From: Myxococcota bacterium
GTDB taxonomy: Bacteria; Myxococcota_A; UBA796; CAJQPC01
Direction: 5' to 3'
Assembly (NCBI GenBank): GCA_036229005.1
Contig: JAZAMN010000036.1
Coordinates: forward strand, 38,616 to 102,615
DNA: 64,000 bases
The position numbers were made by a program, and so were the translations under genes. The first letter of the stretch is position 1. Each line of letters begins with the position of its first letter. The notes beneath the pieces were generated by a model. The model made no database searches and was not told the origin of the DNA. It worked only from the letters and a program-made list of their open reading frames with translations. Of this stretch, positions 46,456-55,683 are shown in pieces.

Positions 46456-47477
46456 TGGCTCAGGTCGAGCTCAAGGCGCTGCACAAGCGCTACGGCGACG
46501 TCCACGTGGTCCGCGGTCTCTCCCTCAGCATCGAGCAGGGCGAGGTGCTCTGTCTGCTGGGCCCCTCCGGCTGCGGCAAGACCACCACTCTGCGCATGGT
46601 CGCCGGTTTGGAGGTCCCCACCGACGGCGAGGTCTTCGTCGGCGGCCAGCAGGTCTCTGGCCCGGGCGTGTTCGTCCCCCCCGAGAAGCGCCGCCTGGGC
46701 ATGGTCTTCCAGTCCTACGCGGTCTGGCCTCACCGGAACGTGCTCGACAACGTCGCCTACCCCCTGGTGCTCGAGGGCCGCGCCGACGCCAACGACAAGG
46801 CCCGCGCCGCTCTCGCCCAGGTCCAGCTCGGCGGCCTGGAGGAGCGCTACCCCCACCAGCTCTCCGGCGGTCAGCAGCAGCGCGTCGCTCTGGCCCGCGC
46901 CCTGGTCGCCGAGCCCCAGGTCCTGCTCCTGGATGAGCCCCTCTCCAACCTGGACGCCAAGCTGCGCGAAGAGCTGCGCGACGAGATCCGCGCCCTGGTC
47001 AAGCGCATCGGGGTCACCGTCATCGTCGTCACCCACGACCAGGAGGAGGCCCTCTCCCTCTCCGACCGCGTCGCCGTGATGAACCAGGGCGTCATCGCCC
47101 AGGTCGCCAGCCCCGAGACCCTCTACCACCGCCCGGACAGCCGCTTCGTCGCCGAGTTCGTCGGGAAGCTGCACGCCCTCCCGGCCCAGGTGCTCTCCCC
47201 CGGACGGGTCAAGGTCGGGGAGGTGGAGCTGGAGGCCCACGCGACCACGGATGCCCCCACCTCCGGGGCTGCGAAGCTGGGCGTACGCCCTGAAGGCATC
47301 GAGTTCGCCAGCGAGGGACTGCGTGGCGTGATCAGCGCCCAGAGCTTCCTGGGCAGCCACGTGCGCTACCGGGTGCAGGGACAGGGCTGGGAGGCCTTGG
47401 TCGACGCCCCGGCGGGCAAGGCCACCGGGGACTCGGTGTTCCTGCGGCCCACGGGCGGGATCATCCTCGCCCCCTGA
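46455..47477 (+). CDS. ABC transporter ATP-binding protein (FbpC/PotA-like)
   Basis: GPSGCGKTT, LSGGQQQRVALARAL, LLDEP, VTHDQEEA, C-terminal TOBE-like region. Confidence 0.95.
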   Translation: MAQVELKALHKRYGDVHVVRGLSLSIEQGEVLCLLGPSGCGKTTTLRMVAGLEVPTDGEVFVGGQQVSGPGVFVPPEKRRLGMVFQSYAVWPHRNVLDNVAYPLVLEGRADANDKARAALAQVQLGGLEERYPHQLSGGQQQRVALARALVAEPQVLLLDEPLSNLDAKLREELRDEIRALVKRIGVTVIVVTHDQEEALSLSDRVAVMNQGVIAQVASPETLYHRPDSRFVAEFVGKLHALPAQVLSPGRVKVGEVELEAHATTDAPTSGAAKLGVRPEGIEFASEGLRGVISAQSFLGSHVRYRVQGQGWEALVDAPAGKATGDSVFLRPTGGIILAP

Positions 47478-47497
47478 GCCGGCGCGGTGGCCGCATC

Positions 47498-47520
47498 TGT
47501 GGATTTGGTCCCAAATCCAC
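47498..47520. terminator. Hairpin between convergent genes
   Basis: GTGGATTTGG-TC-CCAAATCCAC. Confidence 0.6.
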
Positions 47521-47537
47521 CAATGATTGCGAGCGTT

Positions 47538-47708
47538 CTACTCTGCGTTGATCAGCGCGCTGGCCTCGGGGGCCGCGTCGGCCTCGCTCACGAAGGCGGA
47601 GGCCAGCAGGGACAGCCCCAGCCAGGCGGCTGCCAGGATGAGGAAGGCGTTGAAGAGGCTGGAAGTACCGGGCTTCTCGGTGTGCTTGACGGTCAGGGAG
47701 CGGGCCAT
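47538..47708 (-). CDS. Small (56 aa) single-TM or signal-peptide protein, not in the ORF track
   Basis: MARSLTVKHTEKPGTSSLFNAFLILAAAWLGLSLLASAFVSEADAAPEASALINAE*; GGAGG RBS 9 nt upstream; strong GC3 bias. Confidence 0.75.
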   Translation of the reverse strand: MARSLTVKHTEKPGTSSLFNAFLILAAAWLGLSLLASAFVSEADAAPEASALINAE

Positions 47709-47787
47709 GTTCTGGAGCCTCCAGGGTGTTCAGCGACTGCGCAGCGGGTGGGTTCAGCAGAGCGGGGGGTGTCTCGGGCGCCTTAGT

Positions 47788-47803
47788 AGCAATGCCCGTG
47801 CCA
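47788..47803 (-). promoter_or_regulatory. Sigma54 (-24/-12) promoter
   Basis: Minus strand reads TGGCACG-GGCA-TTGCT, matching TGGCACG-N4-TTGCW, about 80 bp upstream of the 56-aa ORF. Confidence 0.78.
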
Positions 47804-48114
47804 GGCTGTGTGTCCCATGACGCCTTTTGACATGTCAAGGTCAGAATTCGTGTAGCGCATGAGCGGAGTCTGCGGTCCGCCCGACAATCGCGAGTCTTTG
47901 AGCCACGCGTGACCTCGTTTTGGCCTACGGGGGAACACGTAGTGCGGGGGCGCAGTGGTCGAAGCGGTAGGGACGAGAAACGGCGGGTGCCACCGGTCTT
48001 TCCTCGTCCTGGGCGAGTGAATCGAGGGCGCCTTGGCCCGGGGATCGGCCTGGAGCGAGGGTCAAGAGTCTGTCCGCATGGTCCGTTGGGTTCTAAGATC
48101 ACCGCATGCACGCA

Positions 48115-48372
48115 ATGTCCGCCAACGAACTGCAGAGCATCCTGGTGTTTGACCAGGACCGGCACCACCGCGCGCTCGCGCACCTCCACCTGGGGCGCCT
48201 GGCGATGGAGCAGGAGCGGCGGGAGCTGGCCACCCGGCACTTCCGCGAGGCGCTGGTGCTGGACGGCCGCTTGGATCGGGCTCGGCGTTTCCTGGAGGAC
48301 CTGGGCCCTCAGCCGCGACGACTGAGCTTCCAGGCCCGCCTGCGGCGCGTGTTCGGGCGCCTCAAGCACTGA
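48115..48372 (+). CDS. Small TPR-like protein
   Basis: ALAHLHLGRLAME...ATRHFREALVLD looks like one TPR; start 48106 or 48115. Confidence 0.6.
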   Translation: MSANELQSILVFDQDRHHRALAHLHLGRLAMEQERRELATRHFREALVLDGRLDRARRFLEDLGPQPRRLSFQARLRRVFGRLKH

Positions 48373-48412
48373 ACACCGCCTGGCCCCAAGCAGCGGACCG
48401 GTCCCAAAAACA

Positions 48413-48442
48413 AGAAGGCCCCTCCAATCGGAGAGGCCTTCT
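48413..48442. terminator. Hairpin/terminator between convergent genes
   Basis: AGAAGGCCCCTCC-AATC-GGAGAGGCCTTCT. Confidence 0.6.
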
Positions 48443-48464
48443 GTGCTCTGCGCTGGGCGCCGGC

Positions 48465-49619
48465 TCAGTCGAGGATGACCTCGGCCTCGTCCTTGCGCTT
48501 GACCTCGTAGCCCTTCTCGGCCCACTGGGCCTCGATGGTGCTGTAGAAGTCGTCCATGGCGCCGGGGGCCAGGGGCTCGGGGCTGACGAACACGGGCCAG
48601 GGGCCCTCGTCCATGTCGCACTTCTTGAGCTTGGGCTTGGCGGCGCGCAGGCCGGCCTCGGCGTCGGGGCCGACGATGTAGCGGCTGCCGGGCTCCTGGA
48701 CCTCGGAGACGTGCAGCACGGCGGTCTTCTCGCCCTTGCACTCGCCGGCCTCGACGGAGATGCCGCCGTAGACGAAGGAGCCGCCCCCGCGCACGCGCTC
48801 GGGGTAGATGGCGGGCAGCAGGCTGGCGGCGGCGGACTGGGAGCCCGCGTTGCTCAGGCGGTCGGCGATGTCCTTGGCCTTGGCGGGGGGGAGCTGCTTG
48901 GCCATCTCGACCAGCGCACCCTCCAGGGCCTTCTGGTCCTCCTCGCTGAGCTGCTCGCCCAGGCTGGGGGCCACGGAGTCGTCCATGGCGGTGAGGACGG
49001 CGGAGAAGGGGCCCTCGTTCTCGGCGGCCTTGATGCCGGCCTGGGAGAGGGTGGGCAGGGCCTGCGCGCCCTGGCGCTTGACGTAGATGTCCAGGACCTT
49101 GGCGTACTTGTCGTCGAAGGCCTTGGCGGGCGGGTTGGTGACGGTGCTGACCAGCCAGGTGTCGAAGGCCTCGCTCTGGCAGGTCACCAGGGCGTCCTCC
49201 CAGCGGGCGAACTCGATGTCACGCAGACCGAAGTAGGCGCCCTGCAGGAAGGAGACGACCTTCTCGTTCTCGGAGCACTTGGCGCCCAGGGCCGCGGTGA
49301 CCTCGTCGCGCACGCCGTAGTCGCTGATCTTGCCGGGCATCTGCCACACGGGGTTCCAGACGTCGTTCTCGATGGCGACCATGGACAGGGCCATCAGGCC
49401 GTCCAGGTCCTCGGTCTTGCCCAGCAGGGTGGGGTAGGTCTGGTCGGCGATCTTGGCGTCGCAGGCGATGACCTTCTTGAACGCTGGAGCGACGGCGGTT
49501 CCGGAAGCCTTCTGAGCTGCGGACACCTCCTTCTCGCAGGCGGCGGACGCCGGCGCGGAGAAGAGGGCAGCGCCCAGGAGGGGGAGTGCAAGCAGGGACT
49601 TGGAGGACAGTCGCTTCAT
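48465..49619 (-). CDS. Secreted hypothetical protein (helical, 6 Cys)
   Basis: Sec signal ending ASA-A; very strong codon bias suggesting high expression. Confidence 0.8.
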   Translation of the reverse strand: MKRLSSKSLLALPLLGAALFSAPASAACEKEVSAAQKASGTAVAPAFKKVIACDAKIADQTYPTLLGKTEDLDGLMALSMVAIENDVWNPVWQMPGKISDYGVRDEVTAALGAKCSENEKVVSFLQGAYFGLRDIEFARWEDALVTCQSEAFDTWLVSTVTNPPAKAFDDKYAKVLDIYVKRQGAQALPTLSQAGIKAAENEGPFSAVLTAMDDSVAPSLGEQLSEEDQKALEGALVEMAKQLPPAKAKDIADRLSNAGSQSAAASLLPAIYPERVRGGGSFVYGGISVEAGECKGEKTAVLHVSEVQEPGSRYIVGPDAEAGLRAAKPKLKKCDMDEGPWPVFVSPEPLAPGAMDDFYSTIEAQWAEKGYEVKRKDEAEVILD

Positions 49620-49820
49620 GTGGTGGATCTCGCCAATGGAAGAGAAGGGGCGGCAGGTCGACCAGCACGCTGGTTTCGACGGGGTCGGTCACTAATGGAG
49701 CAGGGGGCGCTTGGCTACCCTCCGCTGCCACATCGACACCGATGTTCAGGGGCTTGTTCCATTCCCTTGACTGGCTGTTGACAAAGCCAGGGGTGGAGGC
49801 GGCTCAAGGGCCGGAGCGGC

Positions 49821-50255
49821 TCAGGGATCGCCGGTGTCCTCTCCCAGATCCCGCTGGGGCGTGAACGACCACTCCAGGGCCGCGCGCTCGCCGCTGTCCG
49901 GGGTGAAGGTGATGGCGCCGGAGATGGGGGTTCCGTAGCCGGGGTCCTTCCCGCAGACCGCGATCTCGAGGTCGAAGAAGGACCCGGGGTTGAGCACGCC
50001 CAGGTCCAGGGAGCCTCCGGAGAAGCCCTCGATGCACAGGTAGTCCTCCTCCCAGCCGCCGCCGGTGACGCTGACCGTGGCGTCCCCGCTGTTCTCCACG
50101 CGCACGGAGGTGGGCATGCAGCCGCCCTCATCGGGGTCGCAGTCCTTGGGCTCGTCGTTGAAGTCGACCTCGCCGAAGTCCAGGGAGCTCGGGGACAGGG
50201 TCAGCTCCCCGGTGGCGCATGCGCCCAGGAGCAAGGGGATCCAGGCCAGGGTCAT
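49821..50255 (-). CDS. Lipoprotein with an Ig-like (ASH/choice-of-anchor D-like) domain
   Basis: MTLAWIPLLLGAC lipobox; LTLSPSSLDFGEV...VRVENSGD; ATGA overlap with the upstream gene. Confidence 0.75.
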   Translation of the reverse strand: MTLAWIPLLLGACATGELTLSPSSLDFGEVDFNDEPKDCDPDEGGCMPTSVRVENSGDATVSVTGGGWEEDYLCIEGFSGGSLDLGVLNPGSFFDLEIAVCGKDPGYGTPISGAITFTPDSGERAALEWSFTPQRDLGEDTGDP

Positions 50256-51142
50256 CGCATCTCCTTCATCCAGCTCCACACCGCGCAGCTCCGGTAGAGG
50301 ACCTCGCCGCGCTGCCTCAGCATTGTCTCCCAGTTCGCCCGCCGGTCGTGGCGGCGCAGGCGCAGCAGCTCCAGGTGCAGGCGGCGCTCCAGCCAACTCG
50401 GGGGCGGCGCGTGGCGCAGGGAGATGGCCATGTTGGCGTGCCAGCTTCCGTCCTCGGTGGGGACCAGGCGCGCCAGGGTGTAGGGGCCGGGGGCGCCGCT
50501 GAGCGGGACGGGATCGGCCACGACGGGGCCGGTGGGGAGCCAGCTCTCGTAGAGGGGGAGCAGGGGGCGCCACTGGGCGTCCCAGAGCATCGCGGGGGCC
50601 ATCATCAGGGCCCCGAGGCCCTGGCGGTCGTGCAGGTCGGGGCGCGGCCGGGCGTTGCGGAAGCGCACGGCGGGGCTGCTGTCGTTGGCGAGCGTGTTGA
50701 ACAGGCAGGTGCCCGCCACCGCGATGGTCATCAGGGGGCGGCTGGCGTCCAGGGCGTAGGGGCCCAGCCAGCGCTCGGCGAGCAGGGGGGCGTCGGGGAC
50801 CAGGTCCTCAGCCATCTGGGCGATGCGCAGATCGGGCATGCTCCGGGGGACGACCTGGGGCTCCCGCCAGTCGTGGGTGCGCTGGGTGGGCACGTCGAGG
50901 GCCTGGGCGTGGGCGTGCAAGCTGGTCGTGCTCAGCCTGTCCTCGCCGGAGAGGATGGCGCGATAGGCTTGGATGAAGGCCTGATCCTGGGTGGTGTAGG
51001 CCGACTTGTCGAGGGCCCCGGAGCCCCACCTCTTGTAGTCCTTGAAGTCGCTGGGGTCGTCCAGCCACTCGTCGGCCGCCCACGGGTCCGCGGAGAAGTG
51101 GGTCATGGGCCAGATGCTGTGCGGGGAGTGGGGGATGGTCAC
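50252..51142 (-). CDS. Hypothetical protein co-transcribed with the WYL regulator
   Basis: GTG at 51142 overlaps the WYL stop (GTGA); alternative ATG slightly downstream. Confidence 0.7.
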   Translation of the reverse strand: MTIPHSPHSIWPMTHFSADPWAADEWLDDPSDFKDYKRWGSGALDKSAYTTQDQAFIQAYRAILSGEDRLSTTSLHAHAQALDVPTQRTHDWREPQVVPRSMPDLRIAQMAEDLVPDAPLLAERWLGPYALDASRPLMTIAVAGTCLFNTLANDSSPAVRFRNARPRPDLHDRQGLGALMMAPAMLWDAQWRPLLPLYESWLPTGPVVADPVPLSGAPGPYTLARLVPTEDGSWHANMAISLRHAPPPSWLERRLHLELLRLRRHDRRANWETMLRQRGEVLYRSCAVWSWMKEMR

Positions 51143-52110
51143 GCGTAGCGCTCCAGGGCCTGACGGTGTGCGCTGCGGAGGTGGTCCACCAGCTCGGGGG
51201 GGTGTTCGGCGACGACCTGCGAGCCGAAGCCCAGCAGCCAGGTCTTGAGCTCCTGGCTCAGCCCGACGGTCATGTGGATGCGCAGGCGCCCGTCGGAGAG
51301 CTCCTCGTTGCGCTGGGAGGGGTGCCACTGGCGCTCGCGCAGGTAGGGGGCGACCTGGGAGTCGAAGACCGCGCGCACCGGCTGGGGGGGCGCCTGGATG
51401 ATGCCGAAGGCGCCGCGGATGTGCTCTTCGGGGTCGTAGTCGGCGGGGTGGGTGAACTTCTCCAGGCGCAGGCGGGAGAAGCGGGTGAAGCGCTCGACGG
51501 CGAAGGTCTTGATCTGGTCGGCCTGGCGGTCGCGGGCGAAGAGGTAGAGCCCTTGTCGGTAGGTGGCCAGGGTCAGGGGCTCCAGGGTGTACTGCCGGTG
51601 CGCCCCGCTGACCTTGACGTACTCGGCCTGGGCGGGGTTGTTGTAGAGGACCGCGGTCAGCACCTCGTCCAGAAGATCGCCCTTGTCAGCGTAGGACTTG
51701 GCGTGCTCCGGGACGGCCATGAACTTGCGGTCCAGGTCGGTGCTCAGCTCGGCGTGGGCCCGGGCGATCGCGGGCTGCAGGCGCTCCAGGGCGTCGTCCA
51801 GGCCCTGGGAGAACTGGGTGTCGTCCAGGAACGCGAAGAGCTTGCGGCCAAAGTGCAGGCTCAGGACCTCGGGCAGGGTGAGCTGCACGCCGGAGCGCCG
51901 GTAGGTGGGGTCCAGGGAGATGGTCCGGTCATCACCGCTGCCCTCGTCCTGGATGGGCAGGTCCAGGTCCTTGAGATCGCGGAGGTAGCGGCGGAGGGAG
52001 CGGGCGTCCAGGTCGAAGCGGCCCATGAGCTCGACGGCGCGGACGCCACCGCGGCGGGTCATCAGCTCGACGATTCGGACCAGCTTCTGGCCCTTGTTCA
52101 GTTGCTGCAT
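51139..52110 (-). CDS. HTH-WYL-WCX transcriptional regulator (PafB/C/DriD-like)
   Basis: wHTH RSLRRYLRDLKD; WYL core LEPLTL...GLYLFARD...TFAVERF; WHPSQ...WLLGFGSQV...PPEL. Confidence 0.92.
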   Translation of the reverse strand: MQQLNKGQKLVRIVELMTRRGGVRAVELMGRFDLDARSLRRYLRDLKDLDLPIQDEGSGDDRTISLDPTYRRSGVQLTLPEVLSLHFGRKLFAFLDDTQFSQGLDDALERLQPAIARAHAELSTDLDRKFMAVPEHAKSYADKGDLLDEVLTAVLYNNPAQAEYVKVSGAHRQYTLEPLTLATYRQGLYLFARDRQADQIKTFAVERFTRFSRLRLEKFTHPADYDPEEHIRGAFGIIQAPPQPVRAVFDSQVAPYLRERQWHPSQRNEELSDGRLRIHMTVGLSQELKTWLLGFGSQVVAEHPPELVDHLRSAHRQALERYA

Positions 52111-52274
52111 GGCGCGATCGGGGGGAGGGGATCGTCTGAAGATAGGGGGGGCGATCGCCCACAAGATCGGGGGGAGGGGCCTGTTGGCTCCGCATGGACC
52201 GCGGATCTCTGGGGGGCGGACAGTTTTTGGTCGGTGACCGGGTGAGTCTATCCATGGGCCGCGGCCCTGGACAT

Positions 52275-52328
52275 CTGAACGAACGTACAGTTAACCTGAA
52301 CAAGAGTTCATGCTGAATGAAAGTTCAG
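52275..52328. promoter_or_regulatory. Three tandem palindromic operators CTGAAC-N4-GTTCAG (LexA/SOS-box-like)
   Basis: CTGAACgaacGTACAG (52275), CTGAACaagaGTTCAT (52296), CTGAATgaaaGTTCAG (52313) in an AT-rich patch. Confidence 0.7.
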
Positions 52329-52351
52329 CGGACACCACGCGGGAGCAAACC

Positions 52352-52558
52352 ATGCACATCGACGCTGCCACCTCCGACCTTCTCTTCACCATCCTGGCCT
52401 CCGGAGCCCTCTTGGGACTCTGGGCTGCCTCTGCGCTGGTGCTGCCTTGGCGGGCCCGGGATCTGGATCGCGTGGAGCAGGAGCTCGAGGCCCTCGCGGG
52501 GGAGCGTCCGGTGATGCGTCCTCGGCCCTTGGGAGCGACCGCTCGCCACGCGGCCTGA
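52352..52558 (+). CDS. Small (68 aa) single-TM membrane protein
   Basis: GGGAG RBS before ATG 52352; TM LLFTILASGALLGLWAASALVLPW followed by a charged helix. Confidence 0.7.
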   Translation: MHIDAATSDLLFTILASGALLGLWAASALVLPWRARDLDRVEQELEALAGERPVMRPRPLGATARHAA

Positions 52559-52571
52559 TCGCTGGCGCCGT

Positions 52572-52961
52572 TCACTCCGGGTCGACCACGGTGGGGAACA
52601 CCACCCCCTGGACCTCGCCCGAATCGAACACCAGCTCCAGCCGGGCGGAGTCGTAGTCCGGCCCCAGGGTCAGGGTGCTCTCCCGCGCCACAGCCAGCTC
52701 CTCATCCAGGAGCACGGTCAGCGGGTTGCCGGAGATGCCCCCGTACTGGGTCTCGGGGAGGGGATCTGCGGGGAGGTGGGCCACGAGTCGCCCGTCCACC
52801 TGCAGCCGGCTCTCTGAGGGGAAGAGGGCCAGGACCGCCGCGCACTCCGGGGCATACCCCTGCACAGTGCTCGTCAGCCCGCACACCTCTGCGCTGTCGT
52901 CCGTCGGCGAGGTGCAGCTGCTCCAGACCCATGGGGCGAGCAGCAGGAGGGGAGAGGGCAT
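52572..52961 (-). CDS. Hypothetical exported protein, possibly a lipoprotein
   Basis: 3' end of a long shadow [19 protein letters not shown] followed by a beta-rich domain. Confidence 0.55.
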   Translation of the reverse strand: MPSPLLLLAPWVWSSCTSPTDDSAEVCGLTSTVQGYAPECAAVLALFPSESRLQVDGRLVAHLPADPLPETQYGGISGNPLTVLLDEELAVARESTLTLGPDYDSARLELVFDSGEVQGVVFPTVVDPE

Positions 52962-53051
52962 GCGGCGCAGCATCGACACCTTCTCGCATATCGTCGCGCG
53001 GTTAACTATGGGCCCCTCCCTTTCAGGCCATCCAAACAAGGCAGCAGGAAC

Positions 53052-55589
<2,538 letters not shown>

Positions 55590-55683
55590 GAAGGCCTGGA
55601 TTCCATTGGGATTGCACCGGGACCCTGGATATACTCTCGACCTCGTGTCTTGACACGTCCAGACCTCTGTCCCGGTGCCTCCC

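Noticed and set aside
47720..47760. Two GTTCAGC half-sites upstream of the 56-aa ORF as LexA boxes
   Set aside because: No matching CTGAAC left half at the right spacing
47487..47820. Plus-strand ORFs 47487-47786 and 47527-47820
   Set aside because: The minus-strand 56-aa ORF has the RBS, promoter and codon bias
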